The notes under the pieces: model-generated
Database searches by the model: none
What the model saw: only the letters and a program-made list of their open reading frames with translations
Told to the model about the DNA's origin: nothing
Source of the DNA: Verrucomicrobiota bacterium
GTDB lineage: Bacteria; Verrucomicrobiota; Verrucomicrobiia; Verrucomicrobiales; DEV007
NCBI GenBank assembly: GCA_045046875.1
Contig: JASFYY010000048.1
Location: 1 to 64,000, forward strand
Direction: 5' to 3'
DNA: 64,000 bases
Part shown: one piece after another, positions 36,835-46,766 of the stretch
Layout: every line of letters starts with the position of its first letter
Numbering within the stretch: the first letter of the stretch is position 1
Program-made: the position numbers and the translations under genes

Positions 36835-39300
36835 TTATTTAGATAACACTGACTTGCCTGACAAAACGGAGCGAGGCTCCCACAATATTTCCACCCCGAC
36901 ATAAAACATCCTCGGCGCATTCACCCGCGGCCCCTCGGGAACCCGGCTGGTGATCATCACCTCCTCAAACACATTCTGCACTCCACCGATGAATTTGACC
37001 CGATCATTCATGTGATAATAAACCGCTAGATCCACAATGATGCCTCCGTCAACTCTGCCTTGCCTAGAGGAGTCCACCGGCCGGGACGAATTCAAGGCCG
37101 TGCCAAAAGTATCACTCACATAAGTAGCCGCGATATCCATGCCCCAGGTCTCCGTTTCGAGGCCAATGCCAGCAGCCAGCTTCCACTCCGGAATGTAGGG
37201 CATGTTGGCACCAGCGATACCCGGCCCGCCATTGCCATCTCCATAGATATCTTCGCCGCCGCCGCCAGCCAAAGCATTATCGAGTGTCGCGTCCGTCCAG
37301 GTTCCACTGAAATACATCGGCAGACGCACCGCTTTATCCTGCCAAGGATCATAACTGACCAAAGCTTCGATCCCCTTGACGGTTCCAGTCCCCGCATTTT
37401 GACTCGCTGATTGCCCCAAACCGGCGGAGGTGCTGATAATATTATCAAAATCAGAGAAAAAACCAACCAGCTCACCATTAAGGTTACCACTGCGATGGCG
37501 AAAGCCGAGTTCGTAGTTGGTGCTGCGCTCCAGATCCACCCCGTCCTTGAGAATCGCCCGCGGTGAGGGCATCGACGCCCCTTCATAGATCCCCGCGAAC
37601 ACTGCATTCTGATCGTTCACATCGTAATTGCCGCCGATACCAAAAACCCACCAGTCCACATTACCATCGCGAATGTCTGTAGGTGTATTGCTCGCATCAC
37701 TAAGGTAATCCGTGTTATGCAGTTTGACACTCTCGCGACGAACCCCAGGAGTCAAAGTCAGATTCCCCATCTCAACTGAATCCTGCAACCACACCGCGGT
37801 CGCCTCGGATTTCTGCAATCGATTGCCACCCGTGCCGGGGCCAAGATTTTTAATCAGCGGCGACGAGCCTCCAAGGATCACATTCGTATCCTCCTGAAAA
37901 CGGCGAACCTCATCCCTATGCTCACGCACCCCGAAATTAAAGTCGTGATCCAGAGCCCCGGTGCTCACTCGCCAATCACCCGAAGCCTGAACTCCATAGG
38001 CTTCGTATTCACGCGCATTGTGCCGGTAACCCAAAGTCCCCGCCGTGCGCCCCTTCAAGGTGGCTAGATCCGCCGGATCTCCCGTCGGCCCCAAAGTCCG
38101 ATGAATCGCCGAGCCGTTGACTTTACGGATTTTAAACCAGTCGCGTTTGAAGCGGTTGTAATAACCCGCAACCTGGATATCAAAATCATCATTCAAGGAA
38201 AGGTCATATTTCACATAAGATCGGTGCTGACGGGTATCCATGTTATCAAGAAACGTCCCTGCATAACGGCGATATGGATTAGCGGAAAGGTCAGTGTCGG
38301 TCTGCCCGACATAAGTTTCGTCTGCATCGAGCTTGGTGTAACCATATTTGAACTCAAAACGCTGCTCAAGCACGGTATCCGGCTCCCAGAAAAACTTAAC
38401 CATCGGCTCGAATATTTTATAACCAGTTTGATCAGATTCTTCTATGCCATACTGCGGGGCTCCCTGAATGGTGCGAAACCCATCCGAACGTTTATAATAC
38501 ACTTCCGCAAGAAACCCTACCTTCCCGATCGAAGTCTCCAAAGTATTACCGTAATGGGAAAAAATCTGAGTTTCGTTGTAACTGCCGTAAGTGGTGCGCA
38601 AGTAAAACTGCTCCTGTTCTGGAATCGGAGTGGAAAGGTAATTGATCACCCCACCTGTGGTATTGGGACCGTATTTGATCTGACTCGAACCTTTTAAAAT
38701 CTCCACTCCCGCCATGCGACCCACATTCGGCGAATAATATGCACTCGGTGCAGCATAGGGAGCCGGAGCCTGGAGAATGCCGTCCTCCATAATGGTGACC
38801 TTCTCACCACGAGTGCCATCCACCCCGCGAATAGAAATATTGGGAAACAAACCCGCTCCATCCTCTTCGCGCACATACACCCCGGGCACTTTGGCAAACA
38901 CCCGGTTCACATTGGTGTAGTTCTGATCACGAATATCCTGCGCCGTAATAAAAAATCCCGATCCCGGCAAATCAAAAGTATGACTCGCCCCGCCAGTGAT
39001 CACCTCGGGAGTCAAAGTGTCGTAAATTTCCACCTCAACCGGACGGGTCGCTGTCGCCTGACGAACGGTTTGCCGCGGCTCGGGCTTGCGCGCCGGAGTC
39101 GTCGATACCACGGTCGCCTCCAACTCTCCAGCTTCGTCTTCTCCCGAATCAGCTTGCACTTGCTGAACTTGATCTTCCGCACGAACACTCGGGCTCGACC
39201 ACAAAGTCGCCAAACCGACCACCACCGCCAAACCATTTAGCTTTAGCCACCCAGCCCCATGGCCAGGTAAAATTTTCTTGCTAAGTTGAATCATCTTCAT
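36835..39300 (-). CDS. TonB-dependent receptor (FecA-like)
   Basis: VPGVYVREEDG, NISIRG, MEDG...APAPYAAPSAYY, EILKG, YGPNTTGGVINY, GVQNVF...APRMFYVG. Confidence 0.93.
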   Translation of the reverse strand: MKMIQLSKKILPGHGAGWLKLNGLAVVVGLATLWSSPSVRAEDQVQQVQADSGEDEAGELEATVVSTTPARKPEPRQTVRQATATRPVEVEIYDTLTPEVITGGASHTFDLPGSGFFITAQDIRDQNYTNVNRVFAKVPGVYVREEDGAGLFPNISIRGVDGTRGEKVTIMEDGILQAPAPYAAPSAYYSPNVGRMAGVEILKGSSQIKYGPNTTGGVINYLSTPIPEQEQFYLRTTYGSYNETQIFSHYGNTLETSIGKVGFLAEVYYKRSDGFRTIQGAPQYGIEESDQTGYKIFEPMVKFFWEPDTVLEQRFEFKYGYTKLDADETYVGQTDTDLSANPYRRYAGTFLDNMDTRQHRSYVKYDLSLNDDFDIQVAGYYNRFKRDWFKIRKVNGSAIHRTLGPTGDPADLATLKGRTAGTLGYRHNAREYEAYGVQASGDWRVSTGALDHDFNFGVREHRDEVRRFQEDTNVILGGSSPLIKNLGPGTGGNRLQKSEATAVWLQDSVEMGNLTLTPGVRRESVKLHNTDYLSDASNTPTDIRDGNVDWWVFGIGGNYDVNDQNAVFAGIYEGASMPSPRAILKDGVDLERSTNYELGFRHRSGNLNGELVGFFSDFDNIISTSAGLGQSASQNAGTGTVKGIEALVSYDPWQDKAVRLPMYFSGTWTDATLDNALAGGGGEDIYGDGNGGPGIAGANMPYIPEWKLAAGIGLETETWGMDIAATYVSDTFGTALNSSRPVDSSRQGRVDGGIIVDLAVYYHMNDRVKFIGGVQNVFEEVMITSRVPEGPRVNAPRMFYVGVEILWEPRSVLSGKSVLSK

Positions 39301-39305
39301 TCCTT

Positions 39306-39324
39306 ATTGATACTGAGTCTCAAT
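39306..39324. promoter_or_regulatory. Fur-box-like 9-1-9 inverted repeat
   Basis: ATTGATACT-G-AGTCTCAAT (one mismatch), immediately upstream of the receptor start codon and adjoining its RBS. Confidence 0.7.
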
Positions 39325-39558
39325 TGCAATAACAAATTATGCGATCTTTGGCTTACGTCAAATTTTTTTCTAGGCCAATTTTAGAATCACCGCAAAAGAG
39401 GGTCACTGCTTGGCAGGATACGCTCAAAAGAATCAGGGAAATCCTGCACTAAGGCCAAAAATTCTCCCTCGGATAAAACCTCTTTCATCCTTTGCCCAGC
39501 TCGAAGCCACTTGCATATTCGGGTAAACTCGAACACAATAAGTCCTCTTGCCCAAGCT

Positions 39559-40455
39559 ATGAAAAACGACGCAGCCCCGATTCACATCTCCCTCTACGAA
39601 GGAAAAGAAGCCTCCACGCTACCCCCCTCTCATAGTTTCTCCATCATCAGCACTTTGCTTGATCGGGGCTACACCGTGACCCGCACTGCTGAGTTGGAAG
39701 AAGTTTCTTTATCAAATGACCGTTTATTGCTCATCCTCGGAGAGTTTGCCTCCCCTCCAACAAAAATGCCTGAAACCACTCATCCAGTGGAGATACTTAA
39801 TATCAGCGGATTGGACTCTTTTGCCATTCTGGAACAGGTGGAAAAAAGCCGGGCAAGCTTTGAGCGCCCAATGAACCAACCTCCCGCTTCACTGGAAAAC
39901 ACCAGCGCCAACACTGCAAAAACCTGGAAACCCTGGTTCCCTGTCATCGACTTCGATCGCTGCACCAACTGCATGCAGTGTCTCAGCTTTTGCCTCTTCG
40001 ACGTTTACAGTGTGGATGACGATCAACAAATCGAAGTCCGCAGTCAGGACAACTGCAAAACCAACTGCCCTGCCTGCTCACGGGTCTGCCCCGAAGTCGC
40101 CATCATGTTTCCAAAGTACAGCGGTGGCCCGATCAACGGAGACCAGGTCAGCGAGAGCGACCTCAACCGCGAGAAAATGAAAGTCGACATTTCATCCCTG
40201 CTCGGTGGCGATATCTACAGCTCCCTGCGCAATCGCAGCGAAGCAGCCAAATCACGTTTTTCCAAAGAGCGCAGCCCCGACAAAGCCCTCGCCGAACGCA
40301 CCAAGTGCCTGAAAAAACTCCAGACCGACGGCCTGATCCCCGCCGAAGTGCTTGCCGACATCGACCTCGCCTCACTTCCTTCTCCCGAGGAAATCAAACG
40401 CAAGGCGGAAGAAGCCGCCGCATTGGCTGAACAGGCAAAAAAAGCGACCATCTGA
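39559..40455 (+). CDS. 4Fe-4S dicluster (ferredoxin-like) protein
   Basis: CTNCMQCLSFC and CKTNCPACSRVCP; start moved to ATG 39559. Confidence 0.85.
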   Translation: MKNDAAPIHISLYEGKEASTLPPSHSFSIISTLLDRGYTVTRTAELEEVSLSNDRLLLILGEFASPPTKMPETTHPVEILNISGLDSFAILEQVEKSRASFERPMNQPPASLENTSANTAKTWKPWFPVIDFDRCTNCMQCLSFCLFDVYSVDDDQQIEVRSQDNCKTNCPACSRVCPEVAIMFPKYSGGPINGDQVSESDLNREKMKVDISSLLGGDIYSSLRNRSEAAKSRFSKERSPDKALAERTKCLKKLQTDGLIPAEVLADIDLASLPSPEEIKRKAEEAAALAEQAKKATI

Positions 40456-40460
40456 TCAAC

Positions 40461-41831
40461 TCATTGCAAGATCGCCTGAATAATCTCCGAACGTTGTTTA
40501 TAATGTAACGCTTCTTTTTTCCTGCCGAGGGCATAATACAGCTCCGCCATGTTCATCAGAGTTTGAGCCACTTCCAATGTATTAAAACCCAAAGCTTTTT
40601 CCCTGATCGCTAGTGACCGCTTGTAGAGAGGCTCAGCTTGCTCATATTTCTGCTGTGCTGCATAAACCCAAGCTAAATTATTCAACGACAACCCTACTTC
40701 AACCGCATCGCCACCTAGCTCTTTCTCTTGAATCGCAAGCACCTTTGCCAAATAAGGTTCAGCTAGTGCATGCTTGCCTTGCATATGGTAAAGCGTCAGC
40801 AATTCACCCATGGCATCAAGCAAATCCGGATGTTTTTTCCCCAAGACTTTTTCCTGAAGTATCACCGAGCGAATAAAAAATACTTCTGCTTTTTGGTATT
40901 CTCCTTGAGCTTGATATAACTTTCCCACGTTACCCAGATTAAAGCATAACTCCCCAATATCATCTCCAGGCTCTGCGTTAATCGTCAGCATTCGCATGCC
41001 CATTTTTTCAGCGATAGCCAACTCCCCTTTTTTAAAATAGATTAAAATCAGATAAGAAAAATCATAACTCAAGTCAGCGTGCTCTCTGCCCAACTTCTCT
41101 TCCTTTACCTTCAATGATCTTAGAAACAATGGTCTGGCTTGCTCATATTGCTCCAAAACCGCATGAGCTTCACCTAAGTGACTTGCAATCATAGCTACCT
41201 CCAGATGACCGCTCCCCAAGGCTTGCTCCTTAATCTTCAATTCCCTCCCATAATAAATAACCGTTTTTTCATATTGATCCCGAAACTTACCTATACAACC
41301 TAGCGTATGCAGCACTGCCACCAGATCAATATGGTCTACCCCCAACTTCTTTTCTTTAATTTCCAGAGCTCGCTTAAGAAAAGGTTCCGCTTTGATGACC
41401 AAATCGAGATCATTCACCCCCGCTTCAGAATAACCCTGGCTATAATAAAACCCTCCCAGCGCAGCAAGGCTTTCCGCCACTGCAAGATGATCGGCAGGCA
41501 AAAGCTTTTCATTGAGTACTAAAGCACGTTTATATAGCGCCTCCGCTTCAGCAATCCCCCCTTGGTTTTGTTCAAGCCAAGCCAATAAGCTCATGCAAAC
41601 CACCAAGTCAGCTCGACGTTTGCCTGCCATGGCTTCGACCTCTTTCAAAGCCTGGCGAGCAGCGGAGAGCGCAAGTTGTTCCTGCCCCTTATCCTGAAGC
41701 TGTATTACCCGCTGAATGTTATGCTTAACCGAAGCACTAACAACAATCGAATCACTCGCAGCTTGACTTGGAGTCTTCAGCGTCAGCAAAATGACTGTAA
41801 AAAAAATGACCCCTCTGGTGGTGATATTCAT
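40461..41831 (-). CDS. Secreted TPR protein (kinesin-light-chain-type repeats)
   Basis: Signal peptide; repeated AEPLYKRSLAIREKALG...LNNLA units. Confidence 0.85.
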   Translation of the reverse strand: MNITTRGVIFFTVILLTLKTPSQAASDSIVVSASVKHNIQRVIQLQDKGQEQLALSAARQALKEVEAMAGKRRADLVVCMSLLAWLEQNQGGIAEAEALYKRALVLNEKLLPADHLAVAESLAALGGFYYSQGYSEAGVNDLDLVIKAEPFLKRALEIKEKKLGVDHIDLVAVLHTLGCIGKFRDQYEKTVIYYGRELKIKEQALGSGHLEVAMIASHLGEAHAVLEQYEQARPLFLRSLKVKEEKLGREHADLSYDFSYLILIYFKKGELAIAEKMGMRMLTINAEPGDDIGELCFNLGNVGKLYQAQGEYQKAEVFFIRSVILQEKVLGKKHPDLLDAMGELLTLYHMQGKHALAEPYLAKVLAIQEKELGGDAVEVGLSLNNLAWVYAAQQKYEQAEPLYKRSLAIREKALGFNTLEVAQTLMNMAELYYALGRKKEALHYKQRSEIIQAILQ

Positions 41832-41843
41832 TCAGTTCCCTTC

Positions 41844-43067
41844 TTACAGCTGCGCTTTAATATAGTCAGAGCGTTTCCTATATGACAAAGCCTTGTCATC
41901 CTTGCCCATTGCATGGTACAAAATCGACAGGTTATGTAATATCGGAGCCAAATCCGGGTGGGTGTCCCCTTGTTTTTTCTCCCTGATCACAAGCGCTTTG
42001 ACATACAAAGGCTCAGCCTTTTGGTATTGCCCCTGTTTGTGATAAAGCAAAGCCAACTGAAATTGATGGTAAGCCAGCTCAATGTTGTCAGCATCCAGAT
42101 GCTTCGTTTTGATTGCCAAAGCGCGAACAGCATAAGGCTCGGCTTCGTTCAGCTTGTCCTGCTGCAAATACAGTGCCGTCAGTCCAGAAAGAGCACCCCC
42201 CAAAGCAGGGTCTTCAAGACCTTGTTTTTTCTCCCGAATCTGCAACACCTTTTTAAACAAAGGCTCAGCTTCGCTCCCTTTATCCATCATTCTATAAACA
42301 TCCGCTAATGCTCCCGCAGCAATAGCCAGTTGCAGGTCGTCCTGCTGCAACTGCTCTTTTTTAATCAACCAAGCCTGTTTAAAATGCGGCACCGCCAGAT
42401 CGTAACGCTTATCTCGAAATTGATAGATGGTGCCCAAAAAAATGTGCAACTGCGCCACCTCAAGATGATTTGCTCCCATTTTTTCCTGCTTGATCTTCAA
42501 AGCCTGTTGCAAAGGCGACCTAGCCGATTCCAACCACTTCGCTTCATTTTTTTTATCATCAAATGCCCGCCCACAATAAAACACCCCTAACCGTTCAAGG
42601 CCATCTGCCTGCTCAAGCGGGTTACCACCCTGCACGGTTTTATTGACATTGACCACCCGCTTAAAATACATCTCTGCCTTCTCATTGTTCTCTTGCTGAT
42701 AATGCAAGCGAGCAAGCAGGTTCAAACTTGCCGCTATCTCCGTCCGATTTGCTGCCCCTTTGATTTCAGCGGACTCCAACAATACCTCCGCGACAATAAT
42801 AGCCCGTTCCGTTTGCCCTTCACTATACAGCCGGATCACCTTGTTCACCTCCCTCCCAAATGGAGTGATGACCCTTCGCCCCGTATTAACCGAACCATTA
42901 ATCCCCTGCCCCGCATTAACCGGCAATCCAGGTGTGGTAATGGTAAAAGTCTTAAATGCAGAACCAATACCAAAATAACGGCCTTTATCAATAATCTGCC
43001 CCGAAACCGGAGCGGCGACAGACATCAAAAACAAACAAGTTATCAAATAGTTAGGGAGATATTTCAT
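41844..43067 (-). CDS. Secreted TPR protein (kinesin-light-chain-type repeats)
   Basis: Signal peptide; AEPLYVKALVIREKKQGDTHPDLA...LHNL units; similar C-terminus to its neighbour. Confidence 0.85.
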   Translation of the reverse strand: MKYLPNYLITCLFLMSVAAPVSGQIIDKGRYFGIGSAFKTFTITTPGLPVNAGQGINGSVNTGRRVITPFGREVNKVIRLYSEGQTERAIIVAEVLLESAEIKGAANRTEIAASLNLLARLHYQQENNEKAEMYFKRVVNVNKTVQGGNPLEQADGLERLGVFYCGRAFDDKKNEAKWLESARSPLQQALKIKQEKMGANHLEVAQLHIFLGTIYQFRDKRYDLAVPHFKQAWLIKKEQLQQDDLQLAIAAGALADVYRMMDKGSEAEPLFKKVLQIREKKQGLEDPALGGALSGLTALYLQQDKLNEAEPYAVRALAIKTKHLDADNIELAYHQFQLALLYHKQGQYQKAEPLYVKALVIREKKQGDTHPDLAPILHNLSILYHAMGKDDKALSYRKRSDYIKAQL

Positions 43068-43315
43068 TTTTCTACACACAAAGCCAAGGCTTCACTGCCA
43101 TCATCCAAGCGCCTACCAACTAAGTCAACCCAAAATAGGGGTCAGGCAACAATTCTTGACAAATGAATAACAAGTGAGTCAAAACGTCTCTTTTTCTTGA
43201 TCATTTGCCAAAATTTGCGAGGCTTCTTGAGATTCCGCATTCAGCCACCCATTTTTCCTGATACCTCAGGCCTACCATCCCGATCACCCACTTTCGAACT
43301 TCCCCAATTTCCACG

Positions 43316-45112
43316 ATGGCATCATCCAAAATTCAGTCGGTAAAGCTCCCCACAACGATTCCCTTTACCACCACCCGCCTTCGTCCGCCGAAGAAAAACA
43401 TCCCTCAGACCAAACCCGAACGCGACGCGTTACTGGCTTGCATCCGGGATTATGTCGAACGGGAAGTGCCTGTGCCACCAATGCCACAGGATGAGCTGGA
43501 AGTGCATGCGCGGAAAATCCTCGCCGATACCAATACGGACGAAGCCTATCTGCACTACACCGCCGTGGTGCTCAACAACGAAATGTGGCGCGAAACCCTC
43601 GCCAGCATCCCCTACGAACGCCGCCTGTTATTGATGCCTAAGTGCCTGCGTGTAGAAGATAAGTGCCCAGCACCTTTTGACGAATTCGGCCTGCTCTGCA
43701 AACAATGCGGTCTGTGCACCATCGAAGATTTTCAAAACGAAGCCGAGCGCCTCGGTTACGCCGTACTGGTTGCCGAAGGCTCTGCGGTGGTCATGTCACT
43801 GATCCAAACAGGCAAAATCGAAGCCATTGTCGGCATCTCCTGCTTGCCAGTGCTAGAGCGAACTTTCCCCTACGTCGAAGCCGCAGCGATCCCGTCGATC
43901 GCCGTGCCCTTGTTACAAGACGACTGCATCAATACCACCGTTGATAACGACTGGGTATGGGAATACATCCACCTCACCAGTGACGATCAAACGCGCCGCC
44001 TCAATCTGAATGCTCTGCACGAAGATATCCGCGAGTGGTTTGATCAGGATTCGCTCACCGAGATCATGGGAGAAGCCGCCAATCAACAGGAAAAAATCGC
44101 CCGTGAGTGGCTCGCTTTGGCAGGCAACCGCTGGCGCCCCTTCCTCACGGTCGCTACCTACCAAGCGCTACGCGATGACCGCGGCGAACCCATCCCCGAG
44201 GACATTAAAAAAATCGCCGTGGCGGTGGAATGTTTTCACAAAGCATCGCTGATCCACGACGACATCGAAGACGAAGATCACCACCGCTATGACCAGCCCA
44301 CCCTACATGCCCAACACGGCGTCGCCGTCGCGCTTAATGCTGGCGACTTGCTGATAGGTGAGGGCTACCGCTTGATCAGTGAATGCGCCATCTCCGCCGA
44401 ACAAAAAAACCAAATGATCGCCGCCGCTTCAATCGGCCAGCGTGAATTGTGCCTTGGCCAGGGAGCCGAGCTGATCTGGGCACAAAATCCAGAGCCACTC
44501 AAAACCTCCCAAGTGCTTGAGATTTTTCGCCAAAAAACCTCGCCCGCGTTTGAAGTTGCCCTGCAACTGGGAGCCGCCTACGCAGGCAAACTGGACGAAG
44601 TCGCCGAGGTCATCCGCAGCTACAGCGAAAACCTCGGCATCGCTTACCAGATTCGCGATGACATGGACGATCTGCACGAAGATTCCGGTGACAATGCTCT
44701 GCAGCGCATCCGCCCCAGCGTCCTTCTCTCCACCACCCTCGAACGCGCCAAGGGAGACGACAAAAAATTCATGCAAGATGTCTGGTCGGCAAAAGGAGGC
44801 GATCACTTTGAACCCATCAACGGATTCAAACAACCGATCGACCGCATCCGCCACATCGTACGTGACACCAAAACCGACGAACGCACCCTGCTCCTGCTCG
44901 AAACCTACAAAGAAACTGCCATCCGCAGCCTTCAGGATGTGGACAACGCTAACTTAAAAGGCTTGCTTCGACGAGTTCTCGGCAAAGTTTTCAACGATCT
45001 GGAAATCAAAGGCTGGTGCCGGGAGTTTGAAGTGAAACAAGGTCTGAGAGAAGATGAAGCAGCCGTAAAAAAAGCTCCTATCGAAACGGCAGAAACCGCT
45101 GCAAGCTCATAA
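43316..45112 (+). CDS. DUF116-like Cys-rich domain fused to a trans-polyprenyl diphosphate synthase
   Basis: LLMPKCLR...CPA...CKQCGLC...GISC; GNRWRP, FHKASLIHDDIED, ALNAGD, GQ, KT, LGIAYQIRDDMDD. Confidence 0.88.
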   Translation: MASSKIQSVKLPTTIPFTTTRLRPPKKNIPQTKPERDALLACIRDYVEREVPVPPMPQDELEVHARKILADTNTDEAYLHYTAVVLNNEMWRETLASIPYERRLLLMPKCLRVEDKCPAPFDEFGLLCKQCGLCTIEDFQNEAERLGYAVLVAEGSAVVMSLIQTGKIEAIVGISCLPVLERTFPYVEAAAIPSIAVPLLQDDCINTTVDNDWVWEYIHLTSDDQTRRLNLNALHEDIREWFDQDSLTEIMGEAANQQEKIAREWLALAGNRWRPFLTVATYQALRDDRGEPIPEDIKKIAVAVECFHKASLIHDDIEDEDHHRYDQPTLHAQHGVAVALNAGDLLIGEGYRLISECAISAEQKNQMIAAASIGQRELCLGQGAELIWAQNPEPLKTSQVLEIFRQKTSPAFEVALQLGAAYAGKLDEVAEVIRSYSENLGIAYQIRDDMDDLHEDSGDNALQRIRPSVLLSTTLERAKGDDKKFMQDVWSAKGGDHFEPINGFKQPIDRIRHIVRDTKTDERTLLLLETYKETAIRSLQDVDNANLKGLLRRVLGKVFNDLEIKGWCREFEVKQGLREDEAAVKKAPIETAETAASS

Positions 45113-45314
45113 GTTCCGGCACCTCCGTAGCGGTTTCGTAGCGCGAACCTCAAACCCGCCTACATCAACGCACTTGGCGGGTGAGCCTCCTCCCTACGAC
45201 CTCTCATTTCCCTCTCTCTAGCCGCTTTTCGATCATGGCTTTTCATTTTTACCTGCTCCATCATTGACTGTAAACCTAGGATAAGCCTTCTTTCCCCAAA
45301 TCTCTCAACTACAC

Positions 45315-46598
45315 ATGAAAAAAGAAACACTCTGTCTACACGGCGGCCAACAAGCCGACCCCACCACTAACGCCTGCGCTGTCCCAGTCTATCGCACCGC
45401 TTCTTTTGTTTTCGACTCCACCGAACACGCCGCCGATCTTTTTGCGCTAAGGGAACTCGGCAACATCTACAGCCGCATCATGAACCCTACCAACGACGTG
45501 CTGGAAAAACGCGTCGCTCTGCTCGAAGGGGCACCCGAACCCGCCGGCCTCGCTGTCGCTTCCGGCACCGCCGCCATTTTTAATACCATTGTCAATCTCG
45601 CTCGCAAAGGAGACAACATCGTCTCTGCGCAGAATCTCTACGGTGGCAGCTACACCCAGTTCAAAGACATCCTGCCCGGCTTCGGCATCGAAACCAAATT
45701 TGTCGATTCTACCACCCCGCAAAACTTCGCCGATGCCATCGACGAAAATACCCGTGCGCTGTTCTGCGAAACCGTCTCCAACCCGGCGCTCGAAATCGCC
45801 GATCTCGACGCCATCTCTAAAATTGCCCATGACCACGGTCTGCCACTGATCGTCGACAGCACCTTCTCCACCCCATGGCTGACCAACCCAATCGAACACG
45901 GCGCCGACATCGTGGTGCACTCCCTGACCAAATGGTTCGGCGGTCACGGCACCGGAATCGGCGGCATCGTCATCGATTCGGCAAAATTCAATTGGGCCGG
46001 CGGCAAACACCCGATGTTTGACGAACCCGACAACTCCTATCACGGCTTACGCTGGGCGCACGACCTGCCCGCGCCACTGGCTCCGCTCGCTTTCATCCTG
46101 CGTCTGCGCACCGGTCCGCTGCGTAATCTTGGCGCCTGCATCAGCCCTGACAACTCATGGATGTTCCTGCAAGGCATCGAAACCCTGCCGCTACGCATGG
46201 ACCGCCATTGCGAAAACTCTCTGGCTGTCGCCAAACACCTCAAAGCCCATGACTCCGTCGAATGGGTTCGTTACCCCGGCCTCGAAGATGATCCCGAGTT
46301 CGAGAAAAACCAAAAATACCTCAAAGGCAAAGGCGGTGGCATGGTGGTATTCGGCATCAAAGGAGGCACTGAAGCAGGCTGTAAATTCATCGAATCGCTC
46401 GGTTTGTTCAAACATCTCGCCAACGTCGGCGATGCCAAATCACTCGCCATTCACCCGGCATCGACCACTCACTCACAGCTCACCGAAGAGCAACAGCTCG
46501 CTGGTGGCATCAATCCCGAAATGATTCGCCTCAGCATTGGTATCGAAAATATCGACGACATCCTCGCCGACATCGACCAGGCCCTGTCCTCGAGTTAA
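45315..46598 (+). CDS. metY: O-acetylhomoserine aminocarboxypropyltransferase (sulfhydrylase)
   Basis: IYSRIMNPT, ASG, LYGG, HSLTKWFGGHG, HLANVGDAKSLAIHPASTTH. Confidence 0.93.
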   Translation: MKKETLCLHGGQQADPTTNACAVPVYRTASFVFDSTEHAADLFALRELGNIYSRIMNPTNDVLEKRVALLEGAPEPAGLAVASGTAAIFNTIVNLARKGDNIVSAQNLYGGSYTQFKDILPGFGIETKFVDSTTPQNFADAIDENTRALFCETVSNPALEIADLDAISKIAHDHGLPLIVDSTFSTPWLTNPIEHGADIVVHSLTKWFGGHGTGIGGIVIDSAKFNWAGGKHPMFDEPDNSYHGLRWAHDLPAPLAPLAFILRLRTGPLRNLGACISPDNSWMFLQGIETLPLRMDRHCENSLAVAKHLKAHDSVEWVRYPGLEDDPEFEKNQKYLKGKGGGMVVFGIKGGTEAGCKFIESLGLFKHLANVGDAKSLAIHPASTTHSQLTEEQQLAGGINPEMIRLSIGIENIDDILADIDQALSSS

Positions 46599-46617
46599 AG
46601 CCCGTCACAACACACGG

Positions 46618-46653
46618 CAAAAAAGGGCGGTCTTTCCTAGACTGCCCTTTTTG
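46618..46653. terminator. Intrinsic terminator after metY
   Basis: AAAAAGGGCGGTCT-TTCCT-AGACTGCCCTTTTT. Confidence 0.85.
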
Positions 46654-46766
46654 TTACCCATCCTCCTCAAAAAATACTTCTTAATTTCGGGTGCATGAGC
46701 GGCTCCCAATTCCCCCACCCACAAACTCCACTTGAGCCACGTCCACAACTGGCTAAACTACCCATC

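Noticed and set aside
39325..39558. Cobalamin riboswitch upstream of the TonB-dependent receptor
   Set aside because: No B12-box elements on the receptor strand; a Fur-like box explains the region better.
40461..43067. Link between KLC-like TPR genes, the TTL-like gene and bacterial tubulins (BtubA/B-BklC)
   Set aside because: No tubulin gene in the window. These TPR proteins have signal peptides, lie about 38 kb from the ligase, and this repeat type is widespread in bacteria.
45113..45314. SAM riboswitch upstream of metY
   Set aside because: No recognisable SAM-I/II conserved core.
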